From contig OZ038379.1 of NCBI GenBank assembly GCA_964036045.1, forward strand, positions 25,916,001 to 25,980,000: 64,000 nt of DNA, read 5' to 3'. The translations under genes and the position numbers were made by a program. Below the pieces are notes generated by a model. It saw only the letters and a program-made list of their open reading frames with translations, ran no database searches and was not told where the DNA came from. The DNA comes from Eutreptiella sp. 'Long Island Sound 2002'. Lineage: Eukaryota; Protista; Euglenida. Numbering within the stretch: position 1 is the stretch's first letter; each line of letters begins with the position of its first letter. Shown piece after piece: positions 23,994 to 34,974 of this stretch.

Positions 23994-24078
23994 TGCATCG
24001 AGCTGGATTCGAACCAGCGATGTCTTTGCACAGCGAGATTATGAGTCACGGGCCATTTGTCCCCCCGGCCACAGATGC
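23994..24078 (-). tRNA. tRNA-like cloverleaf (probable pseudogene or SINE head): CAT anticodon, long variable arm
   Basis: Minus strand GCATCTG TG GCC GGGGGGACAAAT GGC C CGTGA CTCATAA TCTCG CTGTGCAAAGACATC GCTGG TTCGAAT CCAGC TCGATGC A. Perfect T arm, 3-bp D stem, one mismatch each in the acceptor and anticodon stems. Confidence 0.65.
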
Positions 24079-24264
24079 ATCAGACAGATGAATGATAAGC
24101 ATTGATTGTGGGCAGCGATGTGCAGCTCTGTTACACCGGGGGAGTCTCCTGCAGGTTCCACCCACACCGTTCTGCTCTCACCTGACTCTGATCACTTGCG
24201 GTCGGGGTTACGGGACAGTGCACTAGTGCAAGGGTTGGGGTAAGGGCTACGCCGCTGCATGGGT

Positions 24265-24480
24265 CGCCGTCTCGGGGATCCCCACCACTTCAGAGCGGGG
24301 GGGAAAATCAGAAGTGGCCCACTTGTGGGCAAAGTGGCTACGTCACCCCTCACCCCTGCCGTCTCTGGGATCCCCACCGCTGCAGAGCGGGGGGCAAAAT
24401 CAGAAGTGGCCCACTTGTGGGCAAAGTGGCGACCTCACCCCTGCCGTCTCGGGGATCCCCACCGCTTCAGAGCGGGGGGC
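24265..24480 (+). repeat. ~80-bp satellite array, forward orientation (~2.5 units)
   Basis: Unit ~GCCGTCTCGGGGATCCCCACCGCTTCAGAGCGGGGGGCAAAATCAGAAGTGGCCCACTTGTGGGCAAAGTGGCTACGTCACCCCT. Confidence 0.9.
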
Positions 24481-24527
24481 AAACATGAAGACATAAAAAA
24501 CACCAAAAAAGCGAAGGCAAAAATATT

Positions 24528-24600
24528 GCAGGCAGCTGGGTTTGAACCCAGGACCTCTGAAATTAGCGCCTAGTGCTACTACCAACTAAGCTATGCCAGG
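24528..24600 (-). mobile_element. tRNA-derived SINE-like head (Pol III A and B boxes)
   Basis: Minus strand ...GGCATAGCTTAGTTGGTAG...AGGTCCTGGGTTCAAACCCAGC: A box TAGCTTAGTTGG, B box GGTTCAAACC; stems degenerate. Confidence 0.6.
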
Positions 24601-24702
24601 CTTGACACATCAGAGAGTGGCTGCCTTAGTAAAAAAAAAAAAAACTCTGAGCGTCCTTATGGCAACCCCTGCCCCCGTGTCGTGCCGGCACGGTCACGCA
24701 CT

Positions 24703-25147
24703 GGGTGACGTAGCCACTTTGCCCACAAGTGGGCCACTTCTGATTTTGCCCCCCGCTCTGAAGCGATGGGGATCCCCGAGACGGCAGGGGTGAGGGGTGA
24801 CGTAGCCACTTTGCCCACAAGTGGGCCACTTCTGATTTTCCCCCCCGCTCTGAAGCGGTGGGGATCCCCGAGACGGCAGGGGTGAGGGGTGACGTAGCCA
24901 CTTTGCCCACAAGTGGGCCACTTCTGATTTTGCCCCCCGCTCTGAAGCGGTGGGGATCCCCGAGACGGCAGGGGTGACGTAGCCACATTGCCCACAAGTG
25001 GGCCACTTCTGATTTCCCCCCCCGCTCTGAAGCGGTGGGGATCCCCAAGACGGCAGGGGTGACATAGCCACTTTGCCCACAAGTGGGCCACTTCTGATTC
25101 CCCCCCCCCCCGCTCTGCAGCGGTGGGGATCCCCGAGACGGCAGGGG
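24703..25147 (-). repeat. Same ~80-bp satellite, inverted orientation (~5.5 units)
   Basis: GGGTGACGTAGCCACTTTGCCCACAAGTGGGCCACTTCTGATTTT...GAGACGGCAGG repeated; the reverse complement of the 24265-24480 unit. Confidence 0.9.
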
Positions 25148-25213
25148 TAGCATTGCGGGACCTTTCCATTTCGACCCAGAAAGCGCAAAGTAGACGGAGA
25201 GGAAAAACCAGGG

Positions 25214-25700
25214 TTGGATGACTGCCCACTCCTTCATTTTGAGGCTTTCAAGGATCTTGCAGTCCCAGTTGACAGCCCCACCCCTGAGGTGACGGATGAA
25301 ATGCGTGCTCTGTGGACTATCTCACAGAGCAACGATTCCAACCCCAATTGCGATGAGATTTGGGAGACATATGGTGTCATGGGGGATGCAGAAAGTGACG
25401 CTAGTGATGTTGATCAAGATGTAGATGCCCCCTCCCCTGCCTTGGAACCGATAGTCCAGCAAGATGTACACCCTGCCCCCCCCCCAGGTTGAGCGCCCTA
25501 CCAGTGACGGCAGTGACAGAGTGCAGTTTCAACATGATGTGGACAGTGAGGTGTGCAAAGCCATGAAGCAAGGGACAATGATTGAGTGGACAGTGGTTGA
25601 ATTGAAGTCCATTTGCAGACTCCATAGTCTCTCAGTGCGCGGTACCAAGCCTGCATTGCTGGCCCGTGTGACCGCACACTTCTCGCAATTGTACCCTTGA
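25214..25700 (+). pseudogene. Gene fragment ending in a SAP DNA-binding domain
   Basis: WTVVELKSICRLHSLSVRGTKPALLARVTAHF* (~25587-25700) fits the SAP helix-loop-helix pattern. It is preceded by an acidic linker, and the frame changes near the poly-C tract at ~25476-25485. Confidence 0.55.
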
Positions 25701-26689
25701 ACAACGGATGTGGGCGTTTAAGGAGCCGGTGCGGCGCCCACACTGTGTTGTGCGTGTCTCTTAGTGCAGGGCCTTTGGTGAGGTAGGGCGTATTGGACAC
25801 TTTGAGTTTTTTTTTTATGGCAACCCCTGCACGGGGGGGGGGGGGGGATGCGTTCGAAGGAGAGGAATCCCAGAGTGGGGGTGTCTGGCGGTTGGTAAGG
25901 CGGTTGGGGGGGATTGGCAAAATCGTTTGGAGCGGATACGGTCGGTTACAAGTGCATTCGAGGCGTCAGCAGCGGCGAGGTCGCAGGCTCGGCCCTCACA
26001 TAAGGGGATGCGGGGCTTCTGATGCCTCCCTGCCCGGGGGCCTACAGCTCAGGCAGGTTGCCACTGGGGCGGAAGGAGAAAGGGTCGGCAGCGGTGTGCT
26101 GAGGCAGTCTTTTTGCAAGGGCTTCACACAGCATCGTATTCCCTTGAGGGGCAGGTGTGTCCTTAAGAAGCCCAATAATTGTTTTCAGTTAAGGAAAGAC
26201 TTTAACGACAGCCCCCAGGGACCAACCACTAACCACCAACCACGATCCGCCAACTGCCAACCGCCAACCCTTGTTCAATAATGTTTCTGTGGTCTTGTGT
26301 CTTCCTCATGTTTTGACCATGGACCAGAGAGCATCCCCGTGGACGTTCATTTCTGTTGGCGTTATGAAGGCCATTTTTGTGTTGTGCGGTGCCGTGCTGT
26401 GCAGTGCTGTTTGTGAAGTCCTGTGTTGTGTTGTGTTGTGCTGTGCCGTATGTGCTGTTACCAAAGGGCAAAGGCCGGGATGTCTACCCAAGGGTACAGG
26501 TAAACAGGAGGGCTGTGTGTGTCGTGCGCGGGCTGTGTGCGAGTGTGTTTAGAAAGGGGCGGAGAGCAGGAAGAGGGAGACCTGGAGGCTCCCCACCACG
26601 CTATCGTAGTTAGCCCAGGAGCTCCCGTGGGACTCTCCGCCCGCTGGTGCACGCGTACCTCTTGCAACACCCACGCCATCGTGCTGTTT

Positions 26690-29600
26690 GGGCCCAGCCG
26701 GGCCTTCAGCAGCGTGGGCTATCAACATGCCGACTGACAAAATCATGGATGTACTGGTCGCATGGGACGAGGTACATAAATCAAGATACATGCCAGAGAC
26801 AGACTCTCGCAAGTCCTCAAGCCATGATAATGACAGAAAGGCTTCTATACAGGCACCGGAGACTGAAACTGGGGAGCTAGAACGTGAAATGGCCAAGGTT
26901 GAAAAGTCCAAATCTTCAAAATCGGGCAGGATTGACTGGCTGGCACTGACTAAAGAAACCCTGGATGATTCCCAGCATTGACGTCAGGTCTGACGGCATG
27001 GATGATTGAGTCACTGGACCTCCTGCGCACAGTGGTGGAAGAAAACATCCCGTGTCATCACTGCTGCAGATCTCTGGGCCATGGTGGTCAAATGTCAAAC
27101 ACAGTATGAGCGCAAGTATTCCAAGTATGGCAAGAAATCTAAATCCTCTATGAAGAAATGTGCATCCTGGTCGCGGTCTAGATCCAGGTCGTGGTCACGT
27201 GGGCGTTCTAGGAACTCGTCCAAAAAGTCTAAGGACAGAAAGGGCAGGCAGATCTGGTGATGGCACAGACGTGGAATACTATTATTGAGGAAAATTCTGA
27301 TTCTGCGAAGTCGATGGTATCGAGTACGTTGTCTCCTCGGCTGGTAAGCGCTGGCGCACAGACCGGCCCCCGCCTGGGGACTGCGACCAGTGCGGGGGCC
27401 GGCACTGGGAGTGGAGATGCCCTTGTAAACGACGATGAAGTAGCTCCTGAGGTCCCGGACAAGTCCCTGGACATGTAAAGCACAGTCCCCACAAGAAAGA
27501 ATTGTTGTTGCCCTTGCTGCCCTGTCCACAGTCTATTGCCTCAGAATTAGTGACGCGGCCAGCATACGTGCAGTGGACCTGTAGCAACCCGAATCCGCAA
27601 TCCGATTTTGGGAGCAGAAGTCCAGGCGACAGTGGATCACTCGGCCGGCTGGGGAGTATATTAACAGCCTCTCTGGCTTCTTGCGGCTTCAAACTAGCAT
27701 CTAGGAGAGATCGCCATACTTGCCCCTCCTACCAGGCGGAACCAAGACCCTGTCCACGACGATGGAGCGCCTACTCCAAAGTACCGAGTATCATGGTATC
27801 ATCTGGCACACCTAGCGTAGGGCAAGCGCCACTATGTTCATTTGTGCGGGGGCAACCATGCCGCAATTGCTTCAATGGGGCCGCTGGAGGTCCCTTAGGC
27901 TCGCAAAGAAGTATATTGCCCGCTGGGACGGAGCACCGTGGAAGAGAGGCAAAGTCCCGTGGCCTGTCATTGTGCCGGGATCAGTTGGGGACTGGCGCTA
28001 TGACTGAAAAGAATTCAAAGCCAAGAACATGTGGCCTCCGAGACAGTTTATCTGGGATACAGATATGGAGTGGCTCACGGACGACTCAAGCGCTAAGGAC
28101 TTGGACGAAGGAACTCGTCCCCCTCACGTTCCGTTCAAAATGAAGGTTGAGGCCCAAGGTGTCAAGAGGGCTGCCCCCACCTCGGGGTTGCCGGACAGAC
28201 CGCGGACCAGGCCAAAGATATCCGAGGCGGGTAGCGCCAGCACGATGTCCGTGGACGCGCCAGCCAGTTCCAGCAAGCCAAAGACGTCCGAGCGGAAATT
28301 CTCGGTCGGTCTCAGGCGCGTAGGGGTCACCAGAGCTAAGCCTAAAGCCAAGGCAAAATGACCAGAGGTCATCGACCTCACGGGGGAAGAATCCGGGGTG
28401 GCATCGCTCGCGGCTAAAGCCCGACGGACTGCCCAGCGCACTGGGGCCGGAATTCAATGATGATACGTCTACCTCCCCCGGCCATTCCCTCTCTCAACAC
28501 CAAATTCATTAGTGGCGGTCCAAGCTGTGGCGCTTGGCTCGGCGTGTTAGGCTCCCACCCCGCTAGACTTTTGCACAGCCGTGGGTGCCTTTGTTTGCTG
28601 TGTTTATGGTGGCAGTGGTGTTTGTTTGTCGACTAGACTCATTTTACTATGTTCAGTTTTTGTTGGTTGTTGTCCGGCACTTGGGGTTCACAAAGCTTTT
28701 GACTACCTGCATCGGAATTTCACCTGACAGTCCTAAGAAGGGTGCCTCGGTGGGACCAGGGCACATGAATCAAAGGGAGCACCTGCAGGTTCCTGTGGAC
28801 GTTGCTGAGCGGAGTGTGGGATTTGCGGGCTATGTGCATGTGCCACAACACATATGGGACTCTATTGCTACCCCTAGGGCCCTGTCCAGCATGTTGAGTG
28901 TTGAGGTGCCTAGGAAACGGCTGAGACCTGAGGAGGTAGCCATGACCGGTGCCCTTGTCCGGCAGCGTCATCTGTTTATCTTGGACAGCGACATGCGCGG
29001 TCACGGTCGTGCCCAGTGCCCCTATTTTTATTATTCCCAAGACTGCTTCTAAGTGCTCTTTCATTGTAAACTGCACCCTAGGCAACAGGGCTTATTGTGG
29101 GCCTGTGCCCAAAAAGGCCCTGCTAAACCTGCATACCTTACACCACAAATTCATGCGTTGGGTTGCTTTGCTCAGGGGTATGTCCCCGGAGAGATTCCTC
29201 ATCAAACTGGACCTCACGAACTGCTTTCCCTCACCAAAGATCCCTTCATCTGCCTGGGGTACCTTCAGGGTCCAGGATCCAGGGGAGACTGTTTGTGACT
29301 TGTGTTCCTTCCCGTTTGGGTGGAAACTTTCCCTTGCTATTTGCCAGGAAGTGGTGGGACGGTCCGTTAAGGATTGCGTCAACTGCATGCCTTTACTCGG
29401 ATGGTAACCGGGTGGACTATGACCACTACTTGGATGACCTCCTTTTTGTCCAGGAAGATGTGTAGTGGCTTGACATGTGTGGAAAATTGTTGCCTAAGCT
29501 CCTACAACAGCAGGGTTATATTATATCTCCAAAAAGCAAGCTAACCCCGGTCCAGGAAACAGTTTGGCTCGGAAAGGAGATTGATTTAGTCCAGCTACGC

Positions 29601-30200
29601 ATAGGTAATTCTCAGCAGTTGCATACCAGAGTTTTCATTGCCGTTATCAACGTCCATGGTCGCGTTGTACACACCAAGACAATTGTCCGATATTTGGTCT
29701 CATTGGTTGGCTTGCGGCACCTAAGAAAGGCCACCTCCCGTTTTTGGCTGGAGTTTGGACAGTAATCTCCTAGAACCGATCTGATTTCAGAAGGATCATA
29801 GGGAACTTCCCTAGTCTCTGCTACGTTTATTGCTATGCCCGACTTTGCGCCCCCGTGTGTAGTCGCGTCCTCTTGGATGTGCGTCAAATGGATTGGCGTG
29901 GACGCCGCAAAATACGTCATTGTGACGGGTCAGGTGCGCTACAAAGTAGGCCTCTGCACTCTGCGCCACGGGAGGGTCTTTGAGTGCCCTCGATGGGTCA
30001 CAACCCAGCAAGTAGCAGGCCTGTTCCGAGTCTGGATGCTCGTCGGGTATGCAGTCGAGCAGAAATACCCTCAAGTGGCCATGTTTCAGGATAATATGCA
30101 AGCAGTCTAGGGTACAGTCAACCTTAGGTCCCGTGCGAGGCATGGAAGCAGCAACGTGTCCTCAGGGCACTGGTCCACCACCTGCGCACGTCTCAAACTC
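26690..30200 (+). mobile_element. Decayed DIRS-type (YR-class) retrotransposon: gag-like, RT, RNase H
   Basis: RT: SAPIFIIPK (~29010), LIKLDLTNCF, FPFGWKLSLAICQEVV, HYLDDLLF (~29425), GYIISPKSKL...WLGKEID. RNase H: WIGVDAA, TTQQVAGL, MFQDNMQAV. Upstream are an RS-rich gag-like ORF and a Cys cluster (LCSFVRGQPCRNC). Multiple frameshifts. Confidence 0.8.
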
Positions 30201-30548
30201 TTTTGCATGTCCTTTGGGTGCCAACCCACTTGCAGCCTGCAGACCCATTGTCCAGGGTCAAACATATAAGTGCTAGTCAAATACAACTAGCTATGGACAC
30301 GGTTCAACATATATGGTCCAAACTAATTTGTTCCATTGTTGAGGTGAAGTCATTTGGCACAATTTTTGTACCTACATGATGGTACCTGCTGGAGGTTGCT
30401 TGTTTTGCCTATTTCTGTTTAGTCTTGCTTGATGTTTTTCAGTGTACACTCAATGACTTGTCGTTGGGTCGCTTTTCATTTTCATTTTCAAAACGTGAGT
30501 TGCCAGGGGCCTGTAGTGTTGAGTGTGCATAAGAGGGGAAAAGTGGCC

Positions 30549-30842
30549 TAAGTGGTTCCTGCTATTGCAATATTTGAACTGATTTGGTGCATGTGTCACT
30601 GAAATTATCGTTTACCTCCGTGGGCGGTGGTTCCCGTTTCTACTAGGTTTTCCACTGTGTGTGTATCATTGTCAAATTTATTTATTATTTTTAAGGCTAG
30701 ACAACCTGGTGGCCCCACCCACCCGCCCCTTTCCTGTCTGTGTACTGCGCACTGGCTTTGACGAACTACTACCATGCCCTGTGGCCTAGGTGGTTCTTGC
30801 TACTGCAATATTTGAACTGATTTGGTGCATGTATCACTAAAA
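30549..30842 (+). repeat. ~56-bp direct repeat pair (~30549-30604 and ~30786-30842)
   Basis: CTA(A/G)GTGGTTC(C/T)TGCTA(T/C)TGCAATATTTGAACTGATTTGGTGCATGT(G/A)TCACT occurs twice. Confidence 0.85.
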
Positions 30843-30899
30843 CCAGTGGTGAATGTTGAGTTTGCCCGCACGGGCTATCCAATGTTTCATAGGCTGGTT

Positions 30900-31760
30900 T
30901 GGGTCAGAATCCGCACACGTTTAGAAGCCACCTGTGCCAGTAGGCAGTCATTGTCATCACTATCTCATCTTGGCATGCCATTGTCACACTCAGAACCCTC
31001 GAACCAACTGCCCTCTGAGCGCCCAATATCCAGTGCCCCATCCCCGATCGACTTTGGATCCTCATCACAGTCAGACATCTCTTCCAACCCCAGCTCATGC
31101 CACACATCATGTGCTACCCTTGCGGGGCTGGGCGCGCACAGGCTCAGCCTAGCGCCCCACATAACGGTGAAGCCACGCTGCGAGCCTCTCCCGGGCCGGC
31201 CACCACTCATGGGATTGGGCCGAGTAGACCCACAGGTGGGGCGCCGTTTCCTGCCGTGTTCCACACAGAAGGCACGTGGTGTCCAGCACCGTGGCACGGT
31301 GGGACGATCTGTGTGCCAGGTGCATCATCGTTGGGACGTTGTCCATGCGGTGCGCCGATATATGGCTCTGTTGGTCCCTGTTGATCCAGTCTAGAGGGAG
31401 ACCTACCCGCGGCGCGTAGTTGCCCCCCCCAACGGGCCTCATGGCCGACTTGCGCCGGAATGGAGGCCTGCTCCTGCAACCAGTCATGCAGCGCCGTGGG
31501 GCAGAGCTGGCACTGGTCCCGGTAGGCCACCAGGGGGAGGAAAGAGAAGGGCGGCGTAGGTGCTAGGTCAGGTCCACCTCGGGCGGATCCTGCGTCGCTG
31601 CATCCACCCGGACATTGAGGTCTGTGATCTAGTGCGACGGCGTGGTAATCACGTTGATCGCCGAGGTGGGGACCACACGGCTGCCCCCAGGACTGTAGCA
31701 TGCAGGTGGATGCCATCCCCACATCCTGGTAGGTGTGCGGAGGGCCCCCACTGCCGCCTC
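30900..31760 (-). mobile_element. Decayed LINE 3' fragment with zf-RVT
   Basis: Minus strand HRMDNVPTMMHLAHR...TCLLCGTRQETAPHLW (ORF 31149-31487); frameshifted upstream. Confidence 0.7.
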
Positions 31761-31794
31761 CGAGTCCGGTACAAGCCAGTATACCCCGGACTGT

Positions 31795-34635
31795 GCCGCT
31801 GCTGTGTTGTGCTGTGTTGTGCTGTGCTGTGCTGTGCTGTGGTGCTCTGCCGTGCCGTGCTATGCTGTTGTGCTGTTGTGCGTGCTGTGCTGTGAGTGTT
31901 GTGCCGTGCTGTGATATTGTGTGCGGTGTGCTGTGCTGTGGTACGTGTGCTGTGGTGTGCCGAAGGCGCTGTTACCAAAGGGCAAAAGGCCGGGATGTCT
32001 ACCCACGGGTACAGGTAAACGGGCTGGGCTGTGTGTGTTGTGTGCGTGCGCGCAGTTTGTGGTCCTCCCTCACCAGGCAGTGCATCCTGCACTAGGCAGG
32101 GCATCCTGCACTAGGCAGGTCCTCCCTCACCAGGCAGGGCATCCTGCAGCAAGCAGGGCATCCTGCAATGGCAGGGCATCCCGCACCAAGCAGGGCATCC
32201 TGCACCAGGCAGGGCATCCTGCACCAGGCAGGGCATCCTGCTCCAGGCAGGGCATCCTCCATGGGCAGGGCCCCTCTTGGGATTGTCCTCGGCGGCGGCG
32301 GCGGTTGTGCCGTGTTGCGCTGTGCTATGCTGTGCTGTGCTGTGCTGTGTGCTGTGCTGTGTATTGTGCCGCGCTGTGTCATGTTGTGCTGTGCTGCGTT
32401 GTGATGTGTTGTGTTGTGTTGTGCTGTGCCGTGTGCTGTGCTATGCTGGTGCCGAGAGTGCTGGGTCAGGTTGTGGGCTGGATTTAGGGCTAGAGAGGCG
32501 GGGGGAGGGGGAGCTGGGTAGGGTTGCGGGCTGGTGTTAGGGCAGGAGGGGCGGAGGGAGGGAGGGAGGGCATCCTGCACCATGAACCGTGCAGGGCATC
32601 GCGCACCGGGCAGGTCCTCCCTCTCCAGGCACGGCATCCTGCACGAGGCAGGGCATCCTGCACCAGGCAGGTCCTCCCTCACCAGGCAGGGCATCCTGCA
32701 CCAGGCAGGGCTGTGTGTGTTGCGCGCACGCTGTGTGCGAGTGTGCTTCCTGCACCAGGCAGGGCATCCTGCACAAGGCAAGGCATCCTGCAGCAAGCAG
32801 GGCATCCTGCAACAGGCAGGGCATCCTGCACCAGGCAGGGCATCCTGCACCAGGTAGGGCATCCTGCATGGGTAGGGGCCTCACACTGGCAGGGCTCTTG
32901 GGGATGTCCTCGGCGGTGGCGGCGGTTGTGCCGTGCTTTGCTGTGCTGTGCTGTGTTGTGCTGTGTACTGTGCTGTGTGTTGCGCCGTGCTGTGTCGTGC
33001 TGTGCTGTGCTGTATTGTGCTATGCTGTGCTGTGCTGTGTTGTGCTGTATGCTGTGCTGTGCTGGTGCCGACAGTGCTGGGTCATGTTGTGGGCTGGATT
33101 TAGGGCAAGAGAGGCGGGGGGAGGGGGAGCTAGGTAGGGTTGCGGGCTGGTGTTAGGGCAGGAGGGGCGGAGGGAGGGAGAGTTGGGTAGGGTTGTGGGC
33201 TGGACTTAGGGCACGAGGGGCGGAGGGAGGGAGGGAGGGCATCCTGTACCATGAACCGTGCAAGGCATCCTGCACCAGGCATATCCTCCCTCACCAGGCA
33301 GGGCATCCTGCACCAGGCAGGGCATCCTGCACTAGGCAGGGCATCCCGCACCAGGCAGGTCCTCCCTCACCAGGCAGGGCATCCTGCAGCAAGCAGGGCA
33401 TCCCGCAGCAAGCAGGGCATCCCGCGCCAGGCAGCGCATCCTGCACCAGGCAGGGCATCCTGCACTAGGCAGGGCATCCCGCACCAGGCAGGTCCTCCCT
33501 CACCAGGCAGGGCATCCTGCAGCAAGCAGGGCATCCTGCAATGGCAGGGCATCCCGCACCAGGCAGGGCATCCTGCACTAGGCAGGGCATCCCGCACCAG
33601 GCAGGTCCTCCCTCACCAGGCAGGGCATCCGCACCAGGCAGGGCATCCTGCACCAGGCAGGGCATCCTCCTTGGGCAGAGGTGGGAAGGGTTGCGGGCTG
33701 GATGTAGGGCAGGAGGGGCGGAAAGGGGGAGAGGTGGCTTGGGTTACGGGCTGGTTTTACGGCAGGAGAGGCGGGGGGAGGGAGTGTTGGCAGGGTTGTG
33801 GGCTGGATCTAGGGCGGGAGGGGCGGAGGGAGGGAGTGCTGGCAGGGTTGTGGGCTGGATCTAGGGCAGGAGGGGCGAAGGGAGGGAGTGCTGGCAGGGG
33901 TGTGGGTTGGTTTTAGGGCAGGAGGGGCGGTGGGTGGGAGCGCTGGGCAAGGCAGGAGGGGCAGAGGGAGAGAGAGAAAGGGGGAGAGGTGGCTTGGGTT
34001 ACGGGCTGGTTTCAGGGCAGGAGAGGCGGAGGGAGGGAGTGCTGGCTGGGTTGTGGGCTGGTTTTAGGGCAGGAGGGGTGGAGGGAGGGAGTGCTGGCAG
34101 GGTTGTGGGTTGGTTTTAGGGCAGGAGGGGCGGTGGGTGGGAGCGCTGGGCAAGGCAGGAGGGGCAGAAGGAGAGAGAGCTGGGAAGGGTTGTGGGCTGA
34201 ATTTAGGGCAGGAGGGTGTGCTATGCTATGTGGTGTTGTGCCGTGCTGTGCTGTGCTGTGCTGTGCTGTGCTGTGTTGTGCCGTGCTGTGCTGTGGTGGC
34301 GGGGGGGGGGGGGGTAGCTCGTGTGCAGTTTCTGGCCCATTTTGGCCGGACACACACCCCGTTCAACCGGCAGGGCCTCAACGAGGGCCCTGCCTGGGGC
34401 TGCCCCACCGCCTCGCGGAGCTACTCGCGGGCGGGCTGCCGGTAACCCCCCGCGTAACAGCTACCCCCAAGCCCTGCCCAACGTGGGCCGAGCTCGCTGG
34501 GGTCGCCCGCGAGGGGACCAGGCGTGTGCTGTGGTGTGGTGTGCTGTGGTGTGCTGTGGTATGCTGTGGTGCTCATGGTGTGCTGTAGTGCATGCGGTGT
34601 GCTGTGGTGCTGTGCTGTGCTGTGTTGTGCTGTGC
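31795..34635 (+). repeat. Composite satellite: (CTGTG)n tracts, ~19-bp GCAGGGCATCCTGCACCAG arrays, ~52-bp G-rich TTAGGGC-containing units
   Basis: Directly visible: 19-mer arrays at ~32070-32270, 32570-32870, 33240-33670; pentamer tracts at ~31800-31960, 32305-32450, 32930-33065, 34220-34295, 34520-34635; G-rich units at ~33680-34215. Confidence 0.92.
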
Positions 34636-34658
34636 CCATGTCTGTACGCATTTCGCAG

Positions 34659-34974
34659 GAGTCTCCTGGTTTGGATCTCTGACCTTGCGATCTTTTACAT
34701 ATTCACGAATGGCAAATTTGGTGAGTCTTGGACGTGGAGCAGTTACTTGCAGCTGGCAGGCTTTGTGGTCCTTCTTATCGGCACCATTGTGTACAACTAT
34801 ACCACATTGTATGTGGAAATCCATCATGAGAAGCTCCAGGAACAGTTTGGGCAATACCCTGAAACGGGGCTTCCGCAGAGTAGCCGCCATAGCCAGACCA
34901 GCCGCAGCTCTGCTCACAGCAAGGCAAGCAGCAGCAGGAGCTACGGCGCGCAGGGAAGATTGCCTGTGCAATAA
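34659..34974 (+). CDS. SLC35F6: SLC35F6-like transporter, exon 2 (last)
   Basis: Acceptor TTTCGCAG|G; reads SLLVWISDLAIFYIFTNGKFGESWTWSSYLQLAGFVVLLIGTIVYN..., supplying the last TM pair expected after ...IIEASR; ends TAA 34972-34974. Confidence 0.85.

Noticed and set aside
23855-24091. 3' part of track ORF 22859-24091 (HHPLSLSLSL...)
   Set aside because: Read-through into the intron's (CT)n repeat; the protein continues at 34659.
24192-25237. ORFs with repeated GQNQKWPTCGQSG / KSEVAHLWAKW
   Set aside because: Translations of the 80-bp satellite in several frames.
24630-25815. Resemblance of ACTCTGAGCGTC / ACTTTGAGTTTTTT to the euglenid spliced leader
   Set aside because: Matches are too short and mismatched, with no downstream GT donor or Sm-site arrangement.
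31560-34651. Many overlapping ORFs with CCAVL / RQGILHQAG repeats
   Set aside because: Products of stop-free satellite units; no domain signal.
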